Source of the DNA: Bacteroidales bacterium
Lineage (GTDB): Bacteria; Bacteroidota; Bacteroidia; Bacteroidales; WCHB1-69
DNA length: 64,000 bases
Assembly (NCBI GenBank): GCA_045598105.1
Contig: JAZLLK010000088.1
Coordinates: 9,749-73,748, forward strand
Direction: 5' to 3'
The notes beneath the pieces are model-generated. The model was not told the origin of the DNA and did no database searches. It saw only the letters and a program-made list of their open reading frames with translations. The position numbers and the translations under genes are program-made. Of this stretch, positions 35,786-45,770 are shown one piece after another (positions within the stretch are counted from its first letter, which is position 1; every line of letters begins with the position of its first letter).

Positions 35786-38245
35786 TTAGAGTTGTTTTTT
35801 GCAATTTTCTATCATAAAATGCAGCCGGTTGAACACATTGGCTTCAGAGGTGCTGCTGTCAAAATCGAGGAATAGCAGATTCATGTGTGGGTACACCTGT
35901 TTAATGCGTTTTTCCACGCCTTTGGATATAATATGGTTGGCTATACAGCCAAAGGGTTGCAGGCTCACCACATTGTGTATGCCGTGTTCGGCCAGGTTGC
36001 ATATTTCACCGGGCAGGTCCCAGCCTTCGCCAAAGTCGGCGGCCATGTTAATGATACGTTCGGCCAATCGGGCGTCAGTGAATATATCGGTAAACTTGCG
36101 GTAGAAAGGGAAGGCTTGGCAGGCGCGGTCGTAGGCACGCATTACCGAGCGAAGGTAGGCATAGAAGGCATCGGTAATGATAACAGGTGTGTGTTCCTGT
36201 TTAATATGGAGTTTGCGATTAATATGATTGTTTACAAATGAGGTGGAGAAGAAGTTGATAATGGAAGGAGGCACTACTTCCACTCCGTGGTCCATAAGCC
36301 ACCGGCTTACGTATTTATTGCTAAATCCGTTGTATTTTACGTATATTTCGCCCACCACACCTATTACGGGTATTTTTTTATCGGTACGGGTGTGCAGGGC
36401 AAATTCTTTGGCGGCCTGTTTTATAAGGGGCAGCAGCTGTTTACCGCGGTTAGCTTCTATGAAGGGGAGGGCTGCCCGGGTGTATTTATCACGCAGGGAG
36501 GCGGCTATGCCCTGTTCGGTTTCTCTTACTAAGGCAGCGTGGTAAAGTTTGTTAATACAGTCGGCATACAGCATGGTATGTATAATTACACCGGCCATGT
36601 GTTTCCAGTTTACGGTGAATCCGGGTTGGCAGGCGTTAATGCCTGTGCCGGTGGCCAGTGAAATTACGGGTATATTACTGTATCCTGCTGACACCATGGC
36701 GTTTTTAATAAGGGCGTAGTAGTTGGAGGCACGGCATTGACCGCCTGTTTGGGTAATGATGACGGCGGTATTTTGCAGGTCGTATTTTCCGCTTTGCAGG
36801 GCATTCATTATGCTGCCCACCACTATGGTAGCGGGGTAGCATATATCATTGTTGGCATATTTGAGTCCTGTTTCGGCGGCCTGTTGGTTGCCGGTAGGCA
36901 GGCATACCACGTGGTAGCCCATACATTTGAACACGGAGGCTACAAATTCGGAGTAGCCTTCGGCAAAATAGGGGGCTATGATGGTACGTTTACGGTCTTC
37001 GGCTTCAAAGGTCTTGGTGGTGATATAGGGCTTGGCGGGGGCGGAGGAAATAAAGTTTTCCTTACACGATTCCACCAAGGAGCGTATGCGAAGGCGGAGG
37101 GAGCCTATATTGTTCACGTCGTCTATTTTGAGTGTGGTGAGGTTTTTGCCATAGCGTTGGAGTATGGCGTTTACTTCATCAAGTATAAAGGCGTCGGGGC
37201 CGCAGCCAAAGGAGGTGAGTTCTACCATTTGCAGGTGGGGGTGGGGGTAGTTGCCGGCAAAGTAGGCGGCTTTGAATATTCTGTTAGGGTAGGCCCATTG
37301 GCTCACGGCGTTAAGTTCGTCATACACGGGGGTGCCGGTCATGGAGGCTACGTGTTCGGTAATCACGTCTATGCCCATGTCGGCTATGGATTGTGATATT
37401 TTATGTTCTATAAGCGGGTCGGTATGATAGGGCCTGGCGGCCAAAAGTATAACCATGCGGTTGTCTTCACGGGCACGGTTCAGTATTTCTTCCGCTCTGC
37501 GGGTAAGGGTAAACAGGTATTCGTTTTGGGCATGTATGGCCTGTTGTACGGCCTGAATGGCTTTATTTTTTTTAATGCCCAGGGTGGCCAAATAGCTGAC
37601 GCATGCTTTTTGCAGCATGTGTTCATCATTGAAGGCTATTACGGGGGCGTCAACAGGGATGTGGTGTTTGGCAAGCGGGTTCATGGAGCTTTTAATTACG
37701 TCGCTATAGCCTGATACTATGGGGCAGTTGAAGCTGTTTTGGGCTTGCGGGTCTTCTTTACGCTCGTACACCACCCACGGGTAGAATATACGTTCTACGC
37801 GGCGGCTTATGAGGTCGTTAATGTGGCCGTGCATAAGTTTGGCCGGAAAGCATATATTGTCGGCCATAATGGAGCGGAGGCCGGTTTGGTACATTTGATT
37901 GGAGGAGGTACCTGACAGCTCCACTTTGCATCCGCAGGCGGTGAACAGGGTGTGCCAAAAGGGGTAGTTTTCGTATATGCCCAGTGCCCGCGGCATGCCT
38001 ATTACGGGGCCGGAGTTATTGCTTTTTCGTTGGAACAGAAGTCGGTATTTTTCGGTGAACATGTTGGTGCCCTTGTGTAGCACTTCGCTATGGTTGGTGT
38101 ATATTTTTTCGCAGTTATTGCCCGAAAAATATTCATTGCCGTTGGCAAAAGTGAACTTACGTACGGTGCAGTGGTTGTCGCAGCCGGGGCAGGTTTCAAA
38201 TGCGGACTGATATTGGTTGGCATTTACTATATCGGTAAGGTTCAT
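35786..38245 (-). CDS. acyl-CoA dehydratase activase-related protein (Cys-rich N-terminus plus DUF2229/HgdB-like domains)
   Basis: 819 aa. The N-terminus has CPGCDNHCTVRKFTF...GNNCEKIY. Further on are repeated ICFPAKLMHGH and NDICYPATIVVG, plus SFGCGPDAF and LQPFGCIANHI. Confidence 0.7.
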   Translation of the reverse strand: MNLTDIVNANQYQSAFETCPGCDNHCTVRKFTFANGNEYFSGNNCEKIYTNHSEVLHKGTNMFTEKYRLLFQRKSNNSGPVIGMPRALGIYENYPFWHTLFTACGCKVELSGTSSNQMYQTGLRSIMADNICFPAKLMHGHINDLISRRVERIFYPWVVYERKEDPQAQNSFNCPIVSGYSDVIKSSMNPLAKHHIPVDAPVIAFNDEHMLQKACVSYLATLGIKKNKAIQAVQQAIHAQNEYLFTLTRRAEEILNRAREDNRMVILLAARPYHTDPLIEHKISQSIADMGIDVITEHVASMTGTPVYDELNAVSQWAYPNRIFKAAYFAGNYPHPHLQMVELTSFGCGPDAFILDEVNAILQRYGKNLTTLKIDDVNNIGSLRLRIRSLVESCKENFISSAPAKPYITTKTFEAEDRKRTIIAPYFAEGYSEFVASVFKCMGYHVVCLPTGNQQAAETGLKYANNDICYPATIVVGSIMNALQSGKYDLQNTAVIITQTGGQCRASNYYALIKNAMVSAGYSNIPVISLATGTGINACQPGFTVNWKHMAGVIIHTMLYADCINKLYHAALVRETEQGIAASLRDKYTRAALPFIEANRGKQLLPLIKQAAKEFALHTRTDKKIPVIGVVGEIYVKYNGFSNKYVSRWLMDHGVEVVPPSIINFFSTSFVNNHINRKLHIKQEHTPVIITDAFYAYLRSVMRAYDRACQAFPFYRKFTDIFTDARLAERIINMAADFGEGWDLPGEICNLAEHGIHNVVSLQPFGCIANHIISKGVEKRIKQVYPHMNLLFLDFDSSTSEANVFNRLHFMIENCKKQL

Positions 38246-38273
38246 AACGGGTATATTTTTATGGCGTAAGGCT

Positions 38274-40061
38274 TTAGTTTTGATTATATTTTTTCATGGC
38301 GTGCAGGGCGGCACCGTAGGCGCCCATCAGTTCAGGCATGTCGGAGAATTTTACCTTGCAGCCGGTCATTATTTCCAGTGCACGCACTACGCTGTGGTTA
38401 CGGAAGGTGCCTCCCTGCACCACTATATGTTGGCCCAGTTCTGATATATTTTTCAGCTTAAGCACCTTAAACAGGCAGTTTTTTACCACCGAGTAGCTGA
38501 AGCCTGCGGCTATATCTTCTACGGCGGCGCCTTCACGCATGGCTTGTTTTACTTTAGAGTTCATAAATACGGTGCAGCGGGTGCCCAGGTCGCAGGGGTG
38601 CAAGGCGGTGCATGACAGCTTTGCAAAGTCGGCTACGGCGTAGCCGAGCATATTGGCAAATGTTTCTATGAACGAGCCGCAGCCCGAGGAGCAGGCTTCG
38701 TTTATTTCTATGCGACGTATGGAGCCGTTTTCCACAAATATGGCCTTCATGTCCTGTCCGCCTATGTCCAGTACAAACGATACCTGTGGTTCTACCTGTT
38801 TGGCTGCCGAAAAGTGGGCCATGGTTTCCACTATGCCGTAGGGAAGGTTAAAGGCGGTTTTGAGCAAATTTTCGCCGTAGCCTGTAACGCAGGCGGAGGC
38901 TATATTCACGTTTTGCGGGTGCAGGGTGCTTTCGTGCATGTGATGCATGGCCGTGCTAAAGGCCTTAAAGCTGTCACCACAATTACGCAAATAGTCGGAA
39001 TATACCACCTGTCCCATGCTGTTTAGCAGTATGATTTTGGTGGTGGTGGAGCCGCTGTCCACGCCTAAAAAGTAGTCTGCAGGGCTTTGTGTGTTAAATT
39101 CGGCTTTAGGCAGGTTATAGCATTGCTTGTGAGCCAGCCATCGGTCATATTCTTCGGTGGAGGCAAACAGGCAGTGCAGCCTGTGGGTAAAGTCGGCAGG
39201 AGTGCTGTTATGCCCGCATGTAAGGGTATATATTATCTCCATGAGCGGCAGGGGTTCTTTGTTACTTTGCTGTGCCAGCAGGGCACAGCCGGTGGCCGGT
39301 ATCAGCTGGGCATGAGGCGGCAGCAGGCAGTCGGCTTCCTGTATGTTGAGCACGCGTATAAAATGTTTTTTCAGCTCCGGCAAAAAGGCGAAGGGACCAC
39401 CGCACAGAAATACCTTAGGAATAATATCCATGCCCCGTGCCAGCGAGGCAGTTACCTGCATGGCCACGGCATTGAATACCGAGGCGGCTATGTCGGCACG
39501 GCTCACATTGCGGGCTATGAGGTTTTGTATGTCGGTTTTGGAGAATACACCACAGCGGGAGGCTATGGGGTATATGGTGTGGGCACCGGCAGCCAGGCTA
39601 TTGAGCTCATGGGTGCTTATGCCCAGCAGGGCGGCAGTTTGGTCTATGAAAGCCCCTGTGCCGCCGGCACAACTGCCGTTCATGCGTATGTCGGGAATTT
39701 TTCCGGACTCAAAAAATATCATTTTGCTGTCCTCACCGCCCATGTCTATGAAGGTGTGCACGTCGGAATAGAGCGTTTTTACCGTTTCGGCAGCAGCTAC
39801 CACCTCCTGCACAAATTCCAAATTATATTGTTCGGCATAGCCCATGCCCACCGAGCCGGTAATCACCAATTTCAGCTTGCATTTGCCCAAAGCGAAGTAT
39901 AGCTTGGTGGCTATGAGGTAGCCCGTGTGGCGTATGTTGGCATTGTGCCGCACGTAGTCGGAGAATATAATGTGCTGCTTATTATCGGTAACGCACACTT
40001 TGAGTGTGGTGGAGCCTATGTCTATGCCTATATTATAAACCGGTAATGTGTTAGTTATCAT
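38274..40061 (-). CDS. double BcrAD/BadFG/HgdC-type ATPase (CoA-substrate-specific enzyme activase)
   Basis: 595 aa with two actin-fold ATPase halves starting [10 protein letters not shown] and [10 protein letters not shown]. Each half carries a cluster-type Cys motif ([21 protein letters not shown]). Confidence 0.8.
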   Translation of the reverse strand: MITNTLPVYNIGIDIGSTTLKVCVTDNKQHIIFSDYVRHNANIRHTGYLIATKLYFALGKCKLKLVITGSVGMGYAEQYNLEFVQEVVAAAETVKTLYSDVHTFIDMGGEDSKMIFFESGKIPDIRMNGSCAGGTGAFIDQTAALLGISTHELNSLAAGAHTIYPIASRCGVFSKTDIQNLIARNVSRADIAASVFNAVAMQVTASLARGMDIIPKVFLCGGPFAFLPELKKHFIRVLNIQEADCLLPPHAQLIPATGCALLAQQSNKEPLPLMEIIYTLTCGHNSTPADFTHRLHCLFASTEEYDRWLAHKQCYNLPKAEFNTQSPADYFLGVDSGSTTTKIILLNSMGQVVYSDYLRNCGDSFKAFSTAMHHMHESTLHPQNVNIASACVTGYGENLLKTAFNLPYGIVETMAHFSAAKQVEPQVSFVLDIGGQDMKAIFVENGSIRRIEINEACSSGCGSFIETFANMLGYAVADFAKLSCTALHPCDLGTRCTVFMNSKVKQAMREGAAVEDIAAGFSYSVVKNCLFKVLKLKNISELGQHIVVQGGTFRNHSVVRALEIMTGCKVKFSDMPELMGAYGAALHAMKKYNQN

Positions 40062-40692
40062 GGTGTGGTGCTGTGCTTATAAGGTTAAGTATGGTTCTTA
40101 CATTTTCAGTTTTACGCTGGGCTAAAAATTTTTTGTAAGCCTCTTGTGATATGGCGTTGAGATTTTTTACCATCGGTATGCCTATGTAGGCAAATACATT
40201 GAGACACAGTATATCATATATGAGGTTTTGAGCGCTTATGTAACGAATGCGTCCTGCTTGGGCTTCCCGCTGAATACCGGTTTCCAATGCGGATAGTATT
40301 TGCTCATAGTAAGGAAAGAGCAAATCTATGGTGTGGTGTATGTTGCTGTGGTTATTAATAATTTCGCTTACTATAAAATAGGGTAGCTTAGGGTGAGCGG
40401 CCATAAGGTCAAAGTGGGTTTCTATGCCGAAGGTAATCTTTTGGGTAAGGGGCATGTCTTCATTGAGCAGAAAGGACAACGAGTTCATAAACAGCTGTGC
40501 GTAATGCTCAAATACCTTTACAAACAAATTGTCTTTAGTGCGAAAGTAGTAGTGCAACATGGCGTGGGTAACGCCTGCCTGACGGGCTATTTCGGTGGTA
40601 GTAGCCATTTGGTAGCCTTTGTCCAAAAATATTTCTTTGGCTGCCATGAGTATGGCTTTTTCGGTATTGTTGTCTTTGCTTTTTACCTGCAT
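40051..40692 (-). CDS. TetR/AcrR family transcriptional regulator
   Basis: The start is trimmed to [22 protein letters not shown]. The HTH is [20 protein letters not shown]. Its stop overlaps the activase ATG by 11 nt. Confidence 0.85.
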   Translation of the reverse strand: MQVKSKDNNTEKAILMAAKEIFLDKGYQMATTTEIARQAGVTHAMLHYYFRTKDNLFVKVFEHYAQLFMNSLSFLLNEDMPLTQKITFGIETHFDLMAAHPKLPYFIVSEIINNHSNIHHTIDLLFPYYEQILSALETGIQREAQAGRIRYISAQNLIYDILCLNVFAYIGIPMVKNLNAISQEAYKKFLAQRKTENVRTILNLISTAPHHDN

Positions 40693-40711
40693 AATGTTAT
40701 GTATTAGTGTG

Positions 40712-40740
40712 TTAACAATATTGTTTAACAATATTGTTAA
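40712..40740. promoter_or_regulatory. putative TetR operator: two tandem perfect 12-bp palindromes
   Basis: The sequence gTT-AACAATATTGTT-t-AACAATATTGTT-AAt has copies at 40714-40725 and 40727-40738. It lies between the tetR -7 box (40748-40755) and the tetR ATG (40692). Confidence 0.7.
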
Positions 40741-40747
40741 TAAAACG

Positions 40748-40755
40748 CAAAGGTA
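40748..40755 (-). promoter_or_regulatory. -7 box for the tetR-activase operon
   Basis: The reverse complement is TACCTTTG, 55 nt upstream of the tetR ATG. The operator lies between the two. Confidence 0.6.
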
Positions 40756-40833
40756 ACATTTTTTTTTCAATGTGTGGAAAGTATAATGTGTAAGGGTTAC
40801 ACATGTTGCGTTCCCTGTGTCGCCGTGAAAAAC

Positions 40834-40868
40834 CGGTAATCCTATATGCACAGCCTATGCGGGGAAAA
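40834..40868 (+). repeat. direct repeat copy 1 (ggtaatcctatatgcacagcctatgcggggaaaaa)
   Basis: It matches 41719-41752 at 32 of 34 positions, with a 24-nt perfect core tatgcacagcctatgcggggaaaa. Confidence 0.9.
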
Positions 40869-41295
40869 ATTAAATTAAAGAAAAACAGAAACGGAAGGCG
40901 TTGCTTATGCAACGGGAAGCCTGCTGCAAGGCAAATTTTCCTTGTACGCCATAAACTTACAGACAAAATTTTCCTTTTGCATGCTTATTGCATTCCCTTC
41001 CGTTCCTAAAAAAAACTCCACTTTCAGTGGTGAGAAAACTACTTTAATACACGTTATGCTTATGATAATGAACTATATACATTACCATTGTTGGGAGAAA
41101 AACGGGGTGTATCGCTGCAGCAGGTCGAGTTACTTATTTGATGTAGTTATATGTTTATATATAATTGTAATTAAATGAGTTATAGACAAATTTTGTTGAA
41201 TTTTAACATTGTAAAAATCAACTGTTTTAATGGTAAATTTATAGTTTAATCTATTAATCAAAGGAATATCGTAATTATAGCATTATTCATATCTA

Positions 41296-41328
41296 TTTAC
41301 TTTCTTTGACTTCCATACAAAGAAAGTA
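41296..41328. repeat. perfect 12-bp inverted repeat (hairpin) inside the ORF-free spacer
   Basis: The arms are ttactttctttg (41296-41307) and caaagaaagtaa (41317-41328), with a 9-nt loop. No clear U-tail. Confidence 0.8.
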
Positions 41329-41718
41329 ACAAAGAATTTTGCGATTAAGCTTTATACCAAGCAAGTCGAAGGTTTGTTTGGTTAAAGCGGAGCAAAATCA
41401 CCGAAGGTAAAAATCACCGCGGAACCTCCATGCCTAAAAATGAAGCATTTTTTGCTAAACCGCTGATGCTGCTTTTCCTTATGGTAAGCATTTACCATAC
41501 TTTATATATTTATTCATACTTCAACAAAATCTTTCTCTATTCCCGTCGCAGCCGACACCGGTTCTTAACGCAAAAAATACATCATTTTCTATACGGCATT
41601 CCGCTTATGCGGTTCGTTTAGGTACATGTTATACCATATTTTAATTGTTATACCTACTCAATAATGGAACTCCGTCAATGTTTTTCTTTTTTTTAATTTC
41701 TGTTATACCATTAAAAGC

Positions 41719-41752
41719 AGGTAATCTTGTATGCACAGCCTATGCGGGGAAA
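41719..41752 (+). repeat. direct repeat copy 2 (ggtaatcttgtatgcacagcctatgcggggaaaa)
   Basis: Same orientation as copy 1, 885 bp downstream of it. Confidence 0.9.
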
Positions 41753-41952
41753 ATATATACTAAAAAATACAATGATTATATAAAACGATTGTAAATATAT
41801 AATAATGTAATTTTATGTTTGAATATCGGTTGTATATTTTATTAATCATGCGTATGAGCAATAAAAGCGGAATTGGGAATCTGTTCCGGTAGTGGTGCAC
41901 AATATTTTTATATAACATGCGTTATATATAATTTATGGTAAACTATACATAC

Positions 41953-44061
41953 ATGAAGAGGATACTTATAATAGCGGGGCTGGTGCTTATGTGCGGTGCC
42001 ATGGTGCAGGCACAGGAAGAACGTATTACCGGCTTGTATATACATGATACCGTAGCCGGTTTGCACCGGCAAATGAAGGTGCGTAAGCATGCACAAGGGG
42101 TGTTTTATACGCCCATACAGTTGCCTTTTACTGATGATTTTTCCCATTATACGGGTTACCCCGATACGGCGTTGTGGATAGATAATTATGCTTATGTGAG
42201 CACGGGTTTTGCATGTAACGCACCCACTATAGGCAGTGTGCTGCTTGACGCTATTGATGAGCGGGGGCAATTATACGGGCAGGCGTCCGTTTCTACCTTT
42301 GGTGCCGATACGCTTACAAGCAGGCCTATAAGGTTAGATTCGGTATGGGTGCCTTTAAAGCGGGCCATGGAGCTGTCTGACAGCCTGTATTTCAGCTTTT
42401 ATTATCAGCCGGGAGGCGGCAAAGGCAAGGCATGGGAGCGTATAGGCAATGATCCCGAGCCTAAGGATTCGCTCATATTGGAATTTGGTTATCAAACAGG
42501 GGATACCGCTCTGCTGTATTATATTACCGATATGCAGACCATAGCCGATACCATAATAGTTGGCGATACCATAATAAGTGTCTGTAACAGTAATATATAC
42601 ATTATAGCCGAGCAGAACTATTACCCCGGTGATGTGGTAGAGGTGCCTTGTGATTCGGTATTGTGTATGGAGGTAATATGGGAGAAGGTGTGGGCTACAC
42701 CCGGCATGACTCTTAGCGAGTTTGAAACGCTGTACGGCACCAATTTCAGGCAGGTGATGATACCCGTAAACGATACAAAATATTTGAATGCGGGTTTTCA
42801 GTTCAGGTTTCGCAATATGGCATCATTGGAATATGAGAGTGATGCGGCGTGGGCATGCAATGTGGATTTTTGGAACATAGATTATGTACGCCTGAATAGG
42901 GCACGTACCATGGCCGATACGGTTATAGATGATGTGGCCTTTGCCGAAAATCCGGGCTCGTTGCTGCAGCCGTACACGGCTATGCCGTGGTCGCATTTCA
43001 ATGCTAATACCGCTAAGTATTTAAAGCCTTCGTTTACTACCAGGCTTACCAATTTATACAACGTAACCAAAAACACCACCTATGAGCAGTGGGTTACCGA
43101 TGAAGCCGGCAATACCATAGGTACTTATTCGGGCGGTGCGTACAATATAGACCCTTATTATCGCAGCGGGTATCAAACATACGCTCCGCATGCATCGCCT
43201 GCCATGGCTGCCATTACCTTTCCCGCTGCCGTGCATGACAGCGTGGGTATTATAATGTACCATTTGTTCAAGGAGGCAGGCAGTGGGGACAAAAATGCCT
43301 ATAATGATACTGCCCGTTATCATCAGTGTTTTTATAATTATTTTTCCTACGATGACGGCACGCCTGAAAGCGGCTATGTGGTAACCTCATCGGTGTATCC
43401 TTATACTACCTCACTGGCGGTGGCCTACACCATGGAGCTTGCCGATACTTTAAGGGCGGTGCGTATGTATATTAATAAGCCCTTGACCGATAACAGTCCG
43501 TATGACTTTATGATAGCCCTGTGGGGTGATAATAACGGCAAGCCCGGTGAGTTGCTCTATGAGGAAGCGGTGGAGCAGGAATACAGCCATGACATGTATG
43601 GCATGCAGCATTTTGAACTGAAGGAGCCTCAGGCGGTGCAAGGAAAAATATATGTAGGCTATTCCACTACTTCACATAATTTTTTGAACATAGGGTTTGA
43701 CCAAAATACCAACGCATCGGAGCAGGTGTTCTATCGCACCTCAGGAGGCTGGCAGAACAGTTTTGTGCAGGGAACGCCCATGATACGTGCCGTAACGGGG
43801 GCACGCTATGCGTATAGTCATTTGGCTGAGGCCGCAGTAACGCAGCCGGTATGTTATCCTAATCCTGCCTCCGGCATAATATATTATGATAACGGTGTGG
43901 ACTATAACATGGTAGAAATATACGCCGTAAACGGCCAAATGCTGCTGAGGACTGCCGCTACGGGCAGTGCCGATGTGAGCATGTTGCCGCAGGGTATGTA
44001 TGTTATAAGGCTTATAGGTGATAATGGCGTGTACACGCAAAAAATAAGCATAATACGATAA
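41953..44061 (+). CDS. secreted protein with a T9SS type A C-terminal sorting domain (choice-of-anchor-J-like N-terminus)
   Basis: The start is trimmed to MKRILIIAGLVLMCGAMVQAQ. LPFTDDFS...TALW lies near the N-terminus. The C-terminus is CYPNPASGIIYY...LPQGMYVIRLIGDNGVYTQKISIIR. Confidence 0.75.
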   Translation: MKRILIIAGLVLMCGAMVQAQEERITGLYIHDTVAGLHRQMKVRKHAQGVFYTPIQLPFTDDFSHYTGYPDTALWIDNYAYVSTGFACNAPTIGSVLLDAIDERGQLYGQASVSTFGADTLTSRPIRLDSVWVPLKRAMELSDSLYFSFYYQPGGGKGKAWERIGNDPEPKDSLILEFGYQTGDTALLYYITDMQTIADTIIVGDTIISVCNSNIYIIAEQNYYPGDVVEVPCDSVLCMEVIWEKVWATPGMTLSEFETLYGTNFRQVMIPVNDTKYLNAGFQFRFRNMASLEYESDAAWACNVDFWNIDYVRLNRARTMADTVIDDVAFAENPGSLLQPYTAMPWSHFNANTAKYLKPSFTTRLTNLYNVTKNTTYEQWVTDEAGNTIGTYSGGAYNIDPYYRSGYQTYAPHASPAMAAITFPAAVHDSVGIIMYHLFKEAGSGDKNAYNDTARYHQCFYNYFSYDDGTPESGYVVTSSVYPYTTSLAVAYTMELADTLRAVRMYINKPLTDNSPYDFMIALWGDNNGKPGELLYEEAVEQEYSHDMYGMQHFELKEPQAVQGKIYVGYSTTSHNFLNIGFDQNTNASEQVFYRTSGGWQNSFVQGTPMIRAVTGARYAYSHLAEAAVTQPVCYPNPASGIIYYDNGVDYNMVEIYAVNGQMLLRTAATGSADVSMLPQGMYVIRLIGDNGVYTQKISIIR

Positions 44062-44867
44062 TGGAGGAGAACAGACTGGATGTGGAACTGGTACGCCGAG
44101 GCTTATTTTTGTCCCGTGAAAAAGCCTGTGATGCCATAAAGAATGCGCAGGTGCAGGTGAAGGGAAAAACCATTACCAAGCCGGCTTATATGGTGAGTGA
44201 GGCCGATGATATAATATTGGGAGAGCAACTGTTGCCTTATGTGAGCAAGGGCGGGCTCAAACTGGAGAAGGCCATAGAGCAGTTTCATCTTAATTTTGAA
44301 GGGAAAACGGTGCTGGATGTGGGCTGTTCCACGGGCGGCTTTGCCGACTGTGCCCTGCAACATGGTGCCCAATACGTGTATGGTATAGATGTGGGTACTA
44401 ATCAGCTGGACAACAGGCTGAAAAATGAAAAACGACTCACTTATATAGAAAACCTGAACGTAAAGGATGTATGTTTGTCGCATTTGAACGGCTGCATGCC
44501 CGACTGGGTAGTGGCCGATGTATCGTTTATATCACTTACCTATATATTTCCTTATATTAAGCCATTGTTACATGAGGGCAGTGAATTGGTGTTGCTTATT
44601 AAGCCTCAGTTTGAGCTGAGTGCGGCTTCGCTGGACCGTAATGGTATAGTGCGTAATGTCAAACATCACATTATGGCCATAGAGCGGGTGGTGCATGCTG
44701 CGGCCACGTATGGTTTGTATTGGAAAAAAATAGACTATGCACCTTTAATGTCATACAAGAAGAATATAGAATATATAGTGTGGCTCACGCAAAAGCCACA
44801 GGTGGTGCAGTCTGATTTTGCTCATTTGGTAAACACGGCCTTTGCCGAAAAGAAAAAAATGAAATAG
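44061..44867 (+). CDS. tlyA: TlyA family rRNA (cytidine-2'-O)-methyltransferase
   Basis: 268 aa with an S4-like RLDVELVRRGL...SREKA and the SAM motif VLDVGCSTGGF. The start overlaps the previous stop (TAATG). Confidence 0.85.
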   Translation: MEENRLDVELVRRGLFLSREKACDAIKNAQVQVKGKTITKPAYMVSEADDIILGEQLLPYVSKGGLKLEKAIEQFHLNFEGKTVLDVGCSTGGFADCALQHGAQYVYGIDVGTNQLDNRLKNEKRLTYIENLNVKDVCLSHLNGCMPDWVVADVSFISLTYIFPYIKPLLHEGSELVLLIKPQFELSAASLDRNGIVRNVKHHIMAIERVVHAAATYGLYWKKIDYAPLMSYKKNIEYIVWLTQKPQVVQSDFAHLVNTAFAEKKKMK

Positions 44868-44868
44868 T

Positions 44869-45768
44869 ATGAAGTTATTTGATATAAACAAGGCATCCAA
44901 TCAGTTGGCCATATTCCTGTTTGTAATGGGTATAGGCATTATGGTGTCGGGGGTATTATTATACGTGCTAAGCAGGGTAATGCAATGCCCTGTGGAAGAA
45001 ATGGAGTATCATGCTTCTGCCATGAGGGTGGAGGCGGTGCTGTCACAGCTCATGGTGTTTTTATTGCCTTCATTGGCTTTGGCGGCATGGGTGCATAGGG
45101 TTAATAATGCTTATTATTTACCAGTGAATGTGCATGTAGGATATGCCAATGCGGGTATGGCCATACTGCTTATGCTGGTGAGTATGCCTGTGATGTCATG
45201 TGTGGTGGCGTTGAATGAAGCGGCAGTTTTGCCGCAAGGCATGCATGTTATAGAAAGCTGGCTGAGGGAGCAGGAGCAGACCATGGCATTAAGGACCGAG
45301 ACCTTATTAAATGCTTCCCGTGCCGATGTATTGGCCGTGAACATATTGGTAATAGCCCTATTGCCGGCATTGTGTGAGGAAGTATTGTTTAGAGGGGTGC
45401 TGGTGAATTGGTTACACAGGTTGTGTGGCAATATGCATGTGGTAATATGGCTGTCGGCCATAATGTTTAGTGCCTGTCACATGCAGTTTTACGGTTTTGT
45501 GCCCCGCATGCTTTTAGGCGCGGCATTCGGTTATATGGTATGGTGGACGGGGTCCTTATGGACATCGGTGCTGGCACATGGCATGAATAATGCCGTGGTG
45601 GTAATAGCTGCCTACGGATATCACAAGGGGCTGTGGAGTGATGTGTATAATTCTACCGCAGTGTCCGATGTACGCTGGTGGGCGGTGGCTGCCTCGGTAG
45701 CGGCTACAGCGGCTGTGCTATATTTATTATATGCCTATAATCGTCAACACAGGGAATTGAAGCCATAA
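44869..45768 (+). CDS. CPBP family intramembrane glutamic endopeptidase (CAAX protease-like)
   Basis: 299 aa polytopic protein with the EEVLFRG motif, plus later FSACH and HGMNN motifs. Confidence 0.8.
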   Translation: MKLFDINKASNQLAIFLFVMGIGIMVSGVLLYVLSRVMQCPVEEMEYHASAMRVEAVLSQLMVFLLPSLALAAWVHRVNNAYYLPVNVHVGYANAGMAILLMLVSMPVMSCVVALNEAAVLPQGMHVIESWLREQEQTMALRTETLLNASRADVLAVNILVIALLPALCEEVLFRGVLVNWLHRLCGNMHVVIWLSAIMFSACHMQFYGFVPRMLLGAAFGYMVWWTGSLWTSVLAHGMNNAVVVIAAYGYHKGLWSDVYNSTAVSDVRWWAVAASVAATAAVLYLLYAYNRQHRELKP

Positions 45769-45770
45769 TA

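Noticed and set aside
41393-41480. Fragments resembling riboswitch cores: CACCGAAGG as in glycine riboswitches, and AAACCGCTGATG as in fluoride riboswitches.
   Set aside because: Only short pieces match. The other conserved elements are absent, namely GGAGAG and AGGCAAAAGGAC for glycine, and the P3 hairpin and CCUAC for fluoride. No suitable downstream gene follows either fragment.
40834-41752. The direct repeats as a possible CRISPR array.
   Set aside because: There are only two copies, 885 bp apart. There is no regular repeat-spacer periodicity and no cas genes in the window.
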